Source of the DNA: Longimicrobiales bacterium
GTDB taxonomy: Bacteria; Gemmatimonadota; Gemmatimonadetes; Longimicrobiales; Gaopeijiaceae
Reading direction: 5' to 3'
NCBI GenBank assembly: GCA_965197725.1
Contig: CBDANQ010000014.1
Location: 1 to 51,886 of the forward strand
DNA length: 51,886 nt
Positions 19,043 to 29,147 of the stretch are shown one piece after another. Position 1 is the first letter of the stretch; each line of letters starts with the position of its first letter. Position numbers and translations under genes: made by a program. The notes under the pieces were generated by a model. The model did no database searches. It saw only the letters and a program-made list of their open reading frames with translations, and had not been told where the DNA came from.

Positions 19043-21431
19043 TCAGCTCCTCCTTGAGCCGTGCCAGTATTCCGCTTACAGCCTTGTCCACTCGCTTGTC
19101 CTCCAGGGTCCGGTCGGGCGAGCGGAAACGCAAGCGATACGCCAGTGACCGTGTCCCTTGCTCAACACCTTCGCCTCGATAGAGATCGAACAACTCGACG
19201 CCCTCGAGAAGGGCGCCACCGCGCACCCGGATCAGCCCCTCCACATCGTACGCCAAAACGCGGTCGGGCACGAGCAGCGCGAGATCCCGATCCACCGCCG
19301 GGAACTGTGGGAGTGGCTGGAAAGTGACGGCCGCGACGGGGCGCGGATCCGAGGGCAGTTTCACTTCGAGGCCCCAGATCTCCCCCGCCCAGGCAGGCGC
19401 GTCGACCGTCTTCCTGCTCAGAAGCCCTCCGCGGCCCGCGACGGACCCATCCGCGAGGATGACGTCGAACGCCACGTCCTCCGCGAAGCTCCCGTCCTGC
19501 GCGGCCCCCGGAGCGACCACGGTGCCCTCGCCGTAGGTAGTGGAAGCGACACGCTCGAGCAGCGCCTTGAGGTCCCAGACGGCGATCGCCGCGTCTTCGC
19601 TCGACCAGTGAGGCGGCTGCCGACGACCGTGCAGAACCGCGGCTACATGCGTTTCCTCGTACGGTGCCTCGCCAGAGCCCACCGACCGGAACGACGTCCC
19701 GATCTCGAACAAGCGCACGTCGTGGTTTCCGCGTGCGAAATTGTACTCGAGCCTGCGGATCAGTGACGGCAGAATCGCACGTCTGATGAACGGCTCGGTG
19801 GTAGCGAGCGGATTCGCAACGCGGACGTCGCCCTCGCCCTCGGGCACGAACGCCGGGGTCTGAGCTTCCAGGAGGCCTCCGGCCGCCAGTGAGCGCCTGA
19901 GCTCGTCTTCGAGGGCGAACAGCGGGTGGTCGACAACCGTACCCGGCCGATACCCACCGAGATCGGATGGGAAGTTGTCGTAGCCGTGGGTGCGCGCGAC
20001 CTCCTCGATGAGGTCGACCTCGCGTCTGACGTCATAGCTGCGGAATCCGGGCACCCGCACCCGCAGGGTCCCATCGGACTCACCCGCGACGTCGAAACCC
20101 AGCGGCGCCAGCAGCTCTCGCACGCGGTCGGCCTCGAAGGCGACGCCCAAGAGGTGCTCGATACGTGGGAGCCTGAGATCCACGGTCTCGGCCTCGAAAG
20201 CAACGGGACAACAGTCCAGGACCGGCCCGTCGACCTCTCCACCCGCAGTCGCGAGAATCAACGCCACGGCGCGAGAAACGGCGAGATCCATACCCTCGGG
20301 GTCGACGCCGCGCTCGAAGCGATACGACGCGTCCGTGGACATGCCCAGCGCCTTGCGCGTCGCCCGAATGGACTTGGGGTCGAAGAGTGCGCATTCCAGC
20401 AGGATGTCGACCGTGTCGTCTTCCACCTCGGAGCCGAGACCACCCATGACGCCGCCGATGGCAACCGGACGCTCGGTGTCGCAGATCATCAGCATGTCGG
20501 CGGTGAGCGTCTGTTTCTCGCCGTCGAGCGTGGTGAAGCTCTTCTCGTCCGCGCGCACCCGCCGCACCACGATCGACGTACCAGCCAGTCCGTTCAGGTC
20601 GAACGCGTGCAGTGGCTGACCGAGCTCGAGCATCACGTAGTTGGTCGCGTCGACAACGTTGTTGATGGGGCGGACACCTGCGCCGCGGAGCCGTTGCTGA
20701 AGCCACGCGGGCGACGGACCTATGCGCACGCCACGAATGACCGTGCCCAGATAACGCAAGCACAAGTCCGTATCATCGATCCGAATCCCCACCTGCCCGT
20801 GCCGGACCTCAGGAGCGTCCCGCTCGAACGACAGCTCAACGCGGGGATCTTCCTCGATCTCGGGCAGCTTGATCCGACCCTCACCCTCCGAAGCGAGCTC
20901 GCGCGCGACACCGGCGTGCGAGAGCAGATCGCCGCGGTTCGCCGTAATCTCGACATCGAGCGTCGCATCGTGCAAAGCGATCGCCTCGACGAACGATTCA
21001 CCCGCTGTGAAATCCCCGTGGATCTCGAGAATGCCGTCGCGCTCTGCTCCTAAGCCTAACTCCTTGGAGGAACACAATATACCATCAGATACCTCACCTC
21101 GAATATTCGACTTCTTGATCTTGAAGTTTCCGGGCAACACCGCGCCCACCGGTGCGAACGGATACCACGATCCCGCCTTCACGTTTGGCGCGCCGCAAAC
21201 GACCTTCACCTCCCCGGCGCCGCCGTCGACGGTGCACAGCGAGAGGCGGTCTGCATTGGGGTGCTGGATGGTCTTGAGAACCATCCCGACCACGATGTCC
21301 GCCAACTCGGCTCCGGGGGAGCCGAGTTGCTCGACCGGCGCGCCTCGCAGCGCGAGGTGCTCCGCGAGCTTCTCCGGGGTCAACTCGAGGCCGGGCACCA
21401 TGTCCCTGAGCCAACGATAGGAGACATTCAT
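19023..21431 (-). CDS. pheT: Phenylalanine--tRNA ligase beta subunit
   Basis: True start MNVSYRWL at 21431 (ATGA overlap with the pheS stop); HPNADRL, VCGAPNV, ANRGDLLS, TDASYRFERGVD, DLIEEVAR, FPAVDRDLAL. Confidence 0.97.
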   Translation of the reverse strand: MNVSYRWLRDMVPGLELTPEKLAEHLALRGAPVEQLGSPGAELADIVVGMVLKTIQHPNADRLSLCTVDGGAGEVKVVCGAPNVKAGSWYPFAPVGAVLPGNFKIKKSNIRGEVSDGILCSSKELGLGAERDGILEIHGDFTAGESFVEAIALHDATLDVEITANRGDLLSHAGVARELASEGEGRIKLPEIEEDPRVELSFERDAPEVRHGQVGIRIDDTDLCLRYLGTVIRGVRIGPSPAWLQQRLRGAGVRPINNVVDATNYVMLELGQPLHAFDLNGLAGTSIVVRRVRADEKSFTTLDGEKQTLTADMLMICDTERPVAIGGVMGGLGSEVEDDTVDILLECALFDPKSIRATRKALGMSTDASYRFERGVDPEGMDLAVSRAVALILATAGGEVDGPVLDCCPVAFEAETVDLRLPRIEHLLGVAFEADRVRELLAPLGFDVAGESDGTLRVRVPGFRSYDVRREVDLIEEVARTHGYDNFPSDLGGYRPGTVVDHPLFALEDELRRSLAAGGLLEAQTPAFVPEGEGDVRVANPLATTEPFIRRAILPSLIRRLEYNFARGNHDVRLFEIGTSFRSVGSGEAPYEETHVAAVLHGRRQPPHWSSEDAAIAVWDLKALLERVASTTYGEGTVVAPGAAQDGSFAEDVAFDVILADGSVAGRGGLLSRKTVDAPAWAGEIWGLEVKLPSDPRPVAAVTFQPLPQFPAVDRDLALLVPDRVLAYDVEGLIRVRGGALLEGVELFDLYRGEGVEQGTRSLAYRLRFRSPDRTLEDKRVDKAVSGILARLKEELSVEHRG

Positions 21432-22450
21432 GGGGTGAACTGCTCGAGGAAGCGGACGTCGTTCTCGAAAAAAGTGCGCAGGTCGTCCACGCCGTACTTC
21501 AGCTTCGCAATGCGTGCGGGTCCCATGCCGAAGGCGAAGCCCGTGTAGCGCTCGGAGTCGTAACCCGCGTTCTCGAGCACGGCCGGATCGACCATGCCCG
21601 CGCCCATGACCTCGAGCCACTCGGTCTCTTGCTTGGTACCATCCGCTTGGGTGATGACCCGTTTCACGTCGACTTCGGCGCTCGGTTCGGTGAAGGGGAA
21701 AAACGACGGTCGGAACCGCGTCTGAGTATCCGGGCCCCAGTAGCGCCGGGCGAATTCGGCCAACGTGGCCTTGAAGTCGACGAACGTCACACCCTCGTCG
21801 ACCACGAGGCCTTCGACTTGCATGAACGCAGGCGTGTGCGTCGCGTCGTAGGTGTCGCGGCGGTACACCCACCCCGGCGCGATGATGCGAATGGGCGGCT
21901 CGTGCGTCTCCATGATACGCATCTGCACCGGAGACGTATGGCTGCGAAGCAGTACTGAGTCCACCAGATAGAGCGTGTCCTGCTCGTCTGCCGCCGGGTG
22001 ATCGAGCGGCGTATTGAGTGCCTCGAAATTGTACCACTCGGTATCTGCTTCAGGCCCCCGCGCCCTCGTGAAGCCCAGGTCCCGGAAGATGTGCCAGATC
22101 TCGTCTACGGTCTGCGTCACCGGGTGGAGACCGCCCTTCCACGACCCGCGACCCGGCAGTGTGAGGTCTTCACTGCCGGCCGAGGTCGGACGCGCGAGCG
22201 AGCGCTCTCGCTTCAGCAAGGCGTCGGACACAACCCCTTTTACTCTGTTGGCTTCCTGGCCCACCGCGGGCCTCTCGTCCGCCGACATGCCGCCCAGATC
22301 GCGTAGGAACGCCGAAATCCGCCCTTCTTTGCGCCCGAGGTAGGTGATCCTCACCGCCTCCAGCGCGTCCGAGTCCTGGACGCCTTCGATCGCCGCCAGC
22401 GCCTCGACCTCCAACGCCTTCAGCGCGTCCCTCGGATCTTGATCAGTCAT
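21428..22450 (-). CDS. pheS: Phenylalanine--tRNA ligase alpha subunit
   Basis: NFEALN...HPA, LRSHTSPVQ, RFRPSFFPFTEPSAEVD, GFAFGMG. Confidence 0.98.
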   Translation of the reverse strand: MTDQDPRDALKALEVEALAAIEGVQDSDALEAVRITYLGRKEGRISAFLRDLGGMSADERPAVGQEANRVKGVVSDALLKRERSLARPTSAGSEDLTLPGRGSWKGGLHPVTQTVDEIWHIFRDLGFTRARGPEADTEWYNFEALNTPLDHPAADEQDTLYLVDSVLLRSHTSPVQMRIMETHEPPIRIIAPGWVYRRDTYDATHTPAFMQVEGLVVDEGVTFVDFKATLAEFARRYWGPDTQTRFRPSFFPFTEPSAEVDVKRVITQADGTKQETEWLEVMGAGMVDPAVLENAGYDSERYTGFAFGMGPARIAKLKYGVDDLRTFFENDVRFLEQFTP

Positions 22451-22473
22451 GCTCTACCGAGCGAATGAACCGC

Positions 22474-22842
22474 TCAGCCAGCTTTCGCGGCGAGGCCCTC
22501 TTTGGCCCGGTCCACAATCGCGGCAAACGCATCGGGGCTGTGAACCGCCAGATCCGCAAGCGCCTTTCGGTCCAGTTCAACCCCGGCCTCTTTCAGACCG
22601 TTGATGAAGCGAGAATAGGTCAAGTCGTGTTGACGAACTGCCGCGTTGATGCGGGCGATCCAAAGCTGCCGGAAGTTCCGCTTCTTCTTCTTGCGGTCCC
22701 GGTAGGCGTGCTCCCAACCCTTCTCGACGGCGTCCTTTGCCGTACGGTACAGGTTCTTGCGCCCGCCGAAGTAACCCTTGGCGGCCTTGAATATCTTCTT
22801 TTTACGCTTGTTCCGCGGTACGGCGGAGGTCGATCTGGGCAT
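22474..22842 (-). CDS. rplT: 50S ribosomal protein L20
   Basis: [41 protein letters not shown]. Confidence 0.98.
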   Translation of the reverse strand: MPRSTSAVPRNKRKKKIFKAAKGYFGGRKNLYRTAKDAVEKGWEHAYRDRKKKKRNFRQLWIARINAAVRQHDLTYSRFINGLKEAGVELDRKALADLAVHSPDAFAAIVDRAKEGLAAKAG

Positions 22843-22854
22843 GGATCTTCCTCC

Positions 22855-23055
22855 TCAGGAGCCGTAGGGGAGCATGCGAGTGATGCGCTTCCTGTCGGCG
22901 GCCGACACGAGGTCGGAGCTCCGCAGCCGGCGCTTACGCTTCCGATCTTTCTTGGAGAGGATGTGGCTCTTGCCCGCGCGCATGCGCTTGAGCTTTCCCG
23001 TGCTGGTCTTTTTAACCCGCTTAGCCGCACCGCGGTGCGTCTTCATCTTCGGCAT
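22855..23055 (-). CDS. rpmI: 50S ribosomal protein L35
   Basis: [13 protein letters not shown]...HILSKK. Confidence 0.98.
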   Translation of the reverse strand: MPKMKTHRGAAKRVKKTSTGKLKRMRAGKSHILSKKDRKRKRRLRSSDLVSAADRKRITRMLPYGS

Positions 23056-23107
23056 CGATCTATCTCCGTTCTCCCTGGGCTGCAGGCCCAGGGCCCGGTC
23101 TGCGCTC

Positions 23108-23626
23108 TTACTTCGTGTTCAGTGGGACCACGACCATCGACATGACCCGACCTTCCATATTCGGTTGCGACTCCACCTTGCCGAGTTCTCCCAGATCATC
23201 CATCACCCGCGCAAGCACCTTAAGGCCAATCTCCGGGTGGGTAACCTGCCGTCCCCGGAACATCATGGTCAGCTTGACCTTGTTCCCTTCCTCGAGGAAG
23301 CGGCGGGCGTGCCCGACCTTGAACTCGTAGTCATGATCTTCGATCCCGGGGCGGAACTTCACCTCCTTGACCTTGATCGTGTGCTGCTTTTTCCGCGCTT
23401 CGCGGGCGGCCCTGGCGGCTTCGTATTTGTACTTTCCGTAGTCCATCATCTTGACTACGGGTGGCCGGGCCTCCGCGGCAACCTCTACCAGATCCATCTC
23501 ACGCTCCGTCGCCCGTTCCCGGGCCTCGTCGATGGAGACGATGCCGATTTGCTCGCCATCGTCCTGGATGAGCCGCACAGGGCTGATCCGAATCTGATCG
23601 TTAACGCGGACGCGGTCTCTGCTGAT
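23108..23626 (-). CDS. infC: Translation initiation factor IF-3, non-canonical ATC start
   Basis: Frame extends upstream of the ORF-track start: GGAGGT-8 nt-ATC AGC AGA GAC CGC GTC CGC GTT AAC GAT CAG ATT ([20 protein letters not shown]); DLVEVA, KEVKFRP, MMFRGR. Confidence 0.95.
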   Translation of the reverse strand: MSRDRVRVNDQIRISPVRLIQDDGEQIGIVSIDEARERATEREMDLVEVAAEARPPVVKMMDYGKYKYEAARAAREARKKQHTIKVKEVKFRPGIEDHDYEFKVGHARRFLEEGNKVKLTMMFRGRQVTHPEIGLKVLARVMDDLGELGKVESQPNMEGRVMSMVVVPLNTK

Positions 23627-23652
23627 TTGTGCTTACCTCCGATGGAGTCGTG

Positions 23653-23690
23653 ACAAAAGTCGCGGCCCGAGACAGGTCTCGGGCCGCGAC
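23653..23690 (-). terminator. Intrinsic terminator/attenuator hairpin in the infC leader
   Basis: Perfect 14-bp stem GTCGCGGCCCGAGA/TCTCGGGCCGCGAC, 4-nt loop, followed by TTTTGT on the minus strand. Confidence 0.8.
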
Positions 23691-23975
23691 CGGGGGAGGT
23701 GCCAGGAGCAGCCCGAAGCACCGACCCTCGCGACCCTCATGTCGGCCTGTTAGAAGCCCTGAGGGTGGGACCGGCGGTCAGCGCGGCCCACTTCTCAACT
23801 GTGACCCGCCTTAAAGACGGACGCACAATTTGTCTGAACTCACGTTACAGGTCAACGGTACTGCCAACCATAGCCTAAACAAATGGCGCTCAAGAGAGCG
23901 GTTTTCCCGATTTTGGGACGAGCCACGGTCGCCAGTAGCCACGAATCAGGCGTGGGCAACTCCGTCTTGCAGCGG

Positions 23976-25904
23976 TCAATCGAGCGCCCTAGTCTCGACC
24001 TCACCGACCACCACGGCGATGAACTCCTCGCGGGCCATGACCTCCTGCTTCTTTCCCGGCCCCCGCCGGCGGACCGCGACCGTGCCGTCCGCGGCCTCCC
24101 GCTCCCCGACGACGCCCATGTATGGGATCTTGAGGGTCTCGGCCTCCCGAATTCGGTAGCCGAGGGTCTCCCTCCCCTCCACCGACGCCCGAATCCCGAC
24201 CGACTTCAGGTCGGCCACTAGGGAGCGGGCGCTCTCGTCCCACTGCTCGCCGACCGGAAGGACCCGCACCTGTTCCGGTGCCATCCAGGTCGGAAACGCG
24301 CCGCCGTAGTGTTCGATCAGGCCGCCCACGAAGCGCTCCATCGAGCCGAGCAACGTGCGGTGGATGACGACCGCCTTGTGCGGCGTATTGTCGGACCCGA
24401 TGTACTCCAGGCCGAAGCGTGCCGGCATCTGGAAGTCGAGCTGGAACGTGCCCCCTTGCCACTCACGCCCGATCGCGTCCACGACGTTGACGTCGATCTT
24501 GGGACCGTAGAAGGCGCCACCGCCCTCGTCGACCTCGTACTCGGCACCGCGCCGATCGAGCACGCCGCGTAGCGTCTCCGTGGCGGCGTCGTAGACCGCT
24601 GGGTCCCCGATCGCCTTCTCCGGCCGGGTCGAGAGCGCCAGATGGTACTCGTAGCCGAAGATCTTCATCAAATAGTCCGCCAAGTCCAGCAAGAGGTCGT
24701 ACTCGTCCGCGATCTGGTCCGGTCGAACGAAGATGTGCGCGTCGTCTTGCGTTAAGCAGCGTACGCGCATCAGGCCGTGCAATGTGCCGGACCGTTCATA
24801 GCGGTAGCACGTGCCGAGCTCCGCGAAGCGGAGCGGCAGGTCGCGGTACGAACGCGTCCGAGTCTTGTAGATCATAAAGTGATGCGGGCAGTTCATCGGC
24901 TTCATGCGGAAGCGCGTGCCGTCATCGTCCATGGCGGGGAACATGTCCTCCTCGAAGACCTCGAGGTGCCCGCTGATCTTGTACAACTCCTCGCTCGCGA
25001 TCTGCGGCGAATAAACGAGGTCGTAACCGTGACGCAGGAGCGTCGTCTTGAGGAAGTCCTCGATGGTGTGCCGGATGATGGCGCCCTTGGGGTGCCAGAG
25101 CACGAGGCCCTGCCCGACCTCCTCCTGGATCGAGTAGAGGTCGAGCTCCTTTCCGAGCACGCGGTGATCCCGCTTTTTCGCCTCTTCGAGGCGGTGCAAG
25201 TGCTCTTCCAGGGCGGCCTTCTGGTGGAACGCCGTCCCGTAGATGCGCTGCAGCATTTGGCGCCTCTCGTCGCCTCTCCAATACGCGCCCGCGCCCGAAA
25301 GCAGCTTGAAATGCTCCAGCTTCCCCGTGCTCGGCACATGCGGACCCTTGCACAGGTCCAGGAACGGACCGTTCTCGTAGACCGTAATCACCTCGTCGGC
25401 GTCGAACTCCTCGAGACGCTCTAGCTTAAGCTCGTCGTCGCTGAATAGCTCGCGCGCCTCTTCTTTGGAGACCCGTCGGCGCGAAAAGGGCTGATCCGCC
25501 GCCGTGATCTCCGCCATCTTGTTCTCGAATTCCTCGAGATCTTCGGGCGTAAACGGCGTATCGACGTCGAAGTCATAGTAGAAGCCGTCGTCGATCGCGG
25601 GGCCGAAGCCGATGCCCGCTCCCGGCCGCAGCTCGCGCACGGCCGTGGCGAGCACGTGTGCCGCCGAATGCCTCAGGACCGCCAGGGATTCAGGGTTCTT
25701 CTCGGTGAGGATCGAGATCTCGGCATCCTCGTCGATGGGCTCCGCGAGGCCGACGGTGTCGCCGTTGACGACCGCCGCGAGGGCGGCCTTGGCGAGACCT
25801 GAGCCGATGGCCGCCGCTACATCACCCGCCGTGGAGCCGCGCTCCATTTCGAGGACGTCGCCGTTGGGAAGCGTGATCCGGATCTGTTCGCTGGCCATCG
25901 CCAC
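23976..25904 (-). CDS. thrS: Threonine--tRNA ligase
   Basis: TGS domain, RHSAAH, DLCKGPH, GAYWRGD, RDHRVLG, KPMNCP, QDDAH, AFYGPKID; start at 25904 (GTG) or 25898 (ATG). Confidence 0.98.
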   Translation of the reverse strand: MAMASEQIRITLPNGDVLEMERGSTAGDVAAAIGSGLAKAALAAVVNGDTVGLAEPIDEDAEISILTEKNPESLAVLRHSAAHVLATAVRELRPGAGIGFGPAIDDGFYYDFDVDTPFTPEDLEEFENKMAEITAADQPFSRRRVSKEEARELFSDDELKLERLEEFDADEVITVYENGPFLDLCKGPHVPSTGKLEHFKLLSGAGAYWRGDERRQMLQRIYGTAFHQKAALEEHLHRLEEAKKRDHRVLGKELDLYSIQEEVGQGLVLWHPKGAIIRHTIEDFLKTTLLRHGYDLVYSPQIASEELYKISGHLEVFEEDMFPAMDDDGTRFRMKPMNCPHHFMIYKTRTRSYRDLPLRFAELGTCYRYERSGTLHGLMRVRCLTQDDAHIFVRPDQIADEYDLLLDLADYLMKIFGYEYHLALSTRPEKAIGDPAVYDAATETLRGVLDRRGAEYEVDEGGGAFYGPKIDVNVVDAIGREWQGGTFQLDFQMPARFGLEYIGSDNTPHKAVVIHRTLLGSMERFVGGLIEHYGGAFPTWMAPEQVRVLPVGEQWDESARSLVADLKSVGIRASVEGRETLGYRIREAETLKIPYMGVVGEREAADGTVAVRRRGPGKKQEVMAREEFIAVVVGEVETRALD

Positions 25905-25905
25905 G

Positions 25906-28900
25906 CTAGCGCCTGGGCATGCGGATCGGTTGAGCCGCCTCGGGGCGCACGCTAGCCTGGTACACTTGCGCGAGCACCGCGGACGTCCGGGTGGTGATCA
26001 GGCCGTTAAGGCGATCGATCACCGAGGGCAGCTTCCGCCATGAACGATCGATCTGATACAACTGATCGGCGGTCGGTGGCCCACTGACCGACTGGATGCC
26101 ATTCATCTGGTCGGCGCGCCCGATGGCGTCCACCAGTTCGTCGCCCACGTCCTTGATCTCGCCGAGCAACGCCGTGACCTCTTTCTCAAGCACGCCGGTC
26201 CCGTTCTCTCCTTCGTCCAGCAGATCCCGTACAGCCTCGAGCTGATTTTCAGCTTCGCTGAGCGCCCGGCTCCCAAGCCGTACGACCCGCGAGAGGCGGT
26301 ACGACGACATCATCGCCTCGTGCCGCTCGGCCATGACGGATCGGCTCATTGAGACGCGAGGATCCAGCCGCACGGTCACTTCACCCTCCATGACCGCGTC
26401 CCCGGCGGAAAGCCGCACCAGGTAGGTACCAGGGAGCACGCGCGGCCCCGGATCCATGGGCTCGCCGTCCGTGCCCTCCTCCACCAAACGCAGGTCCCAG
26501 ATGACCTCGTTGAGACCCGGAGCTCCCGTGGCTGGCAGCGTACGGATGGTGCGGCCCATCGCGTCGGTGACCCTCAGGGAGACGTCGTCCATCTCGGAGC
26601 CGAGATAATACCTGATGCGTGCGCCCATCGGCGGGTTGGAATCCTCGAAGATGCCGGGCGTCCAACCCTGCGGACGGTACGCATTATACGAAGTGGCACG
26701 TCGCACCGAGAACAGATGCGCCGTGGAAGCCACCACCTGCGGCGTCAGCTCCTCGAGCGGCGCGATGTCGTCCATGATCCAGATGCCCCGCCCGTGGGTC
26801 CCGATCACGAGATCGTTGTCGCGGGGGTGGATCTTGATGTCATCGACCGGAACTGTTGGCAGGCCGTTCTCCAGTCGCGCCCACTGCTCCCCACCGTCGA
26901 GGGACGTATACACGCCGAGCTCGTTGCCGACGAAGAGCAGATTCGCATTTCGCGGATGCTGCGCCAAGGCGCTCACGGAATTCTCCGGAAGTCCGTGGGT
27001 GATCAGCCGCCAGTCCTCGCCAAAAGCGCTGCTCACGTACACGTAAGCCGCGAAGTCGTCGGAGCGGTGCCCGTCGAAAGCCACGTAGACCGTGCCGACG
27101 TCCGCGTGCGACGCGACGATGCGCGTGACATACGTGTTGGCTGGTAGTCCCTCGACCTGATCGGTGATGTCGGTCCAGGTGGCGCCGCCATCCCGCGTCA
27201 CGTGCAGCCGCCCGTCGTCCCCGCCCGTGTACAGCACATTCGCATCGATCGGGGACTCACCGAGTGCGGTCAGGTTGCCGTACGAGGACTGACCGTCGTT
27301 TATCGACATCTGAGGCTCGGAGCCGAGCACACCCATGAGCTCAAGCGTTCCTCGGTCGATCGCATAAGTCAGGTCGCCGCTGACGGCCTGCCAACTCTGG
27401 CCGAGATCGGTCGACTTGAAGAGGACGTTCGAGCCGAAATAGATCGTGTTGCCGTCGTGCTCCGACTGGAGGATCGGCGTATCCCAGTTCCAACGCAGCC
27501 CGGGATCTTCGCCATCGTCTCCCGGTCGCCCGACCGGACGGAGGCGTGAGCGCTCCATCGTCGTGAGATCGACCCGCGTCAGGTTGCCGCCCTGGGACTG
27601 CGCAAACATGACGTTGAGGTCCGTCGGGTGCGCGACGGTGAAGAAGCCGTCTCCGCTCCCGACGTTGTACCAGTCTCGCGTGCGGATGCCCTGATTCGAC
27701 CACGTGTCGGACGGCGCGCACCACGAGCCGTTGTCTTGGAGCCCACCGCAGACGTGATACGGGTCACGCATGTCGACGCTGATCTCGTAGAACTGTGAGA
27801 TCGAGAGATTGCGGAACTGGAACCAGTTGTCGGACCGGTCCCAGCTCACGGACACACCCCCGTCGCCACCGAGCAGTAGATGGTCCGAGTCGCTCGGATC
27901 GATCCAGAGCGCATGGTGGTCGCTGTGCACGCCCGCCGAGGCGTCGTCGGTGAAGCTTCGCCCCCCGTCTGACGACCGGTACAGGTTCACACCGCTCAGG
28001 TAGATCCGCTCGGGGTCGTTGGGGTCGATGCGAATCTGCGAGTAGTACATCGGGCGGTCGTTCGTGGTCGAGAGCCACCGCCAGCTGTCGCCGCGGTCCG
28101 TCGAGCAGTACACGCCGTTTCGGGAACGCCGCCCACCAGGTCCCCCACGGCGGCCCTGTCCCGGCGTGCGCGCGTCGGCCTCCACCACTGCGCAGACGTG
28201 GTTGCCATCCCCCCGGTAGATATCGAGTCCGATGCGGCCCTTGTCGCCCTCGGGTAGTCCGTCGGTCAACTCCGTCCACGTGGCTCCGCCATCGGTCGTG
28301 CGGTAAATGCCGCTGCCGGATCCTCCACCGTTGAAGCCCCACGCACGCCGCTGGCGCTGGTACATCGCGGCGAACAGGGTTTGCGAATCATTCGGGTCCA
28401 TCGCGAGGTCGATCGCGCCCGTGTTCTCGTCGATGAAGAGTACGAGCTGCCACGTCTGGCCTCCGTCGCGCGTCATGTAGATGCCACGCTCGGGGTTCGA
28501 TCCCCAGAGGTGGCCCACGGCGGCTACGTACGCAACATCGGGGTCCCGCGAGTGCACCTGAATGCGGGAGATGTGATGCGTGTTCTCGAGCCCCACGTGG
28601 GTCCACGACCCACCCGCGTCAGTGGAGCGGTATACGCCATTGCCCCACGGCGAAGACTGCCGGTTCTGCGGCTCCCCGGTTCCGACCCACACTACGTTAG
28701 AATTCGACGGAGCTAGGGTGACGTCACCGATCGATGAGGTCTGCTCATGATCGAAGATCGGCTCGAACGTCGTTCCTGCGTTCTCGGTCTTCCAGACCCC
28801 GCCGGTGGCGGTGCCGACGTAGAAGATGCGCGGGTCCGACTCCACCACCGCCAGGTCCGACACGCGACCGCCCATGATCGTGGGGCCGATCGAGCGCCAC

Positions 28901-29019
28901 TGGAGCGCCCGGGTGGCGTTCGCGATCTGATCGGGGGTCTGTGCGGCAGCGGGGAGCGCGATCGTCCCCACGGCGAGAACGAACGAAGCAAACGTCTCAA
29001 CGAGCGAAGGGGACCGCAT
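25906..29019 (-). CDS. Secreted VPS10/BNR (Asp-box) beta-propeller protein, glycosyl-hydrolase-like
   Basis: Signal peptide; WRSIGPTIMGGRVSD; repeated S/T-x-D-G-G-x-T/S-W boxes; VHSDHHALWIDP, GGLQDNGSW, GTHGRGIW. Confidence 0.88.
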   Translation of the reverse strand: MRSPSLVETFASFVLAVGTIALPAAAQTPDQIANATRALQWRSIGPTIMGGRVSDLAVVESDPRIFYVGTATGGVWKTENAGTTFEPIFDHEQTSSIGDVTLAPSNSNVVWVGTGEPQNRQSSPWGNGVYRSTDAGGSWTHVGLENTHHISRIQVHSRDPDVAYVAAVGHLWGSNPERGIYMTRDGGQTWQLVLFIDENTGAIDLAMDPNDSQTLFAAMYQRQRRAWGFNGGGSGSGIYRTTDGGATWTELTDGLPEGDKGRIGLDIYRGDGNHVCAVVEADARTPGQGRRGGPGGRRSRNGVYCSTDRGDSWRWLSTTNDRPMYYSQIRIDPNDPERIYLSGVNLYRSSDGGRSFTDDASAGVHSDHHALWIDPSDSDHLLLGGDGGVSVSWDRSDNWFQFRNLSISQFYEISVDMRDPYHVCGGLQDNGSWCAPSDTWSNQGIRTRDWYNVGSGDGFFTVAHPTDLNVMFAQSQGGNLTRVDLTTMERSRLRPVGRPGDDGEDPGLRWNWDTPILQSEHDGNTIYFGSNVLFKSTDLGQSWQAVSGDLTYAIDRGTLELMGVLGSEPQMSINDGQSSYGNLTALGESPIDANVLYTGGDDGRLHVTRDGGATWTDITDQVEGLPANTYVTRIVASHADVGTVYVAFDGHRSDDFAAYVYVSSAFGEDWRLITHGLPENSVSALAQHPRNANLLFVGNELGVYTSLDGGEQWARLENGLPTVPVDDIKIHPRDNDLVIGTHGRGIWIMDDIAPLEELTPQVVASTAHLFSVRRATSYNAYRPQGWTPGIFEDSNPPMGARIRYYLGSEMDDVSLRVTDAMGRTIRTLPATGAPGLNEVIWDLRLVEEGTDGEPMDPGPRVLPGTYLVRLSAGDAVMEGEVTVRLDPRVSMSRSVMAERHEAMMSSYRLSRVVRLGSRALSEAENQLEAVRDLLDEGENGTGVLEKEVTALLGEIKDVGDELVDAIGRADQMNGIQSVSGPPTADQLYQIDRSWRKLPSVIDRLNGLITTRTSAVLAQVYQASVRPEAAQPIRMPRR

Positions 29020-29147
29020 TGGAATCACCTCTGGATCAAAGCACCGCTGTGGCATCGGCTGGGCCTATCATACATGGGGCCTCTCTGCGACGCCACGAAA
29101 GTCTTGCAAAGCCTTGCAGATCCGGTGGGGCAGAAGTAGAATGGGCG

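Noticed and set aside
21432..22037. Apparent 200-aa N-terminal extension of PheT (1004-aa ORF)
   Set aside because: An alternative open frame overlapping pheS; the PheT consensus begins at ATG 21431, coupled to the pheS stop.
26800..28800. Recurrent similar segments within the VPS10 gene
   Set aside because: Protein-level Asp-box/BNR repeats, normal for this family; not a DNA repeat array.
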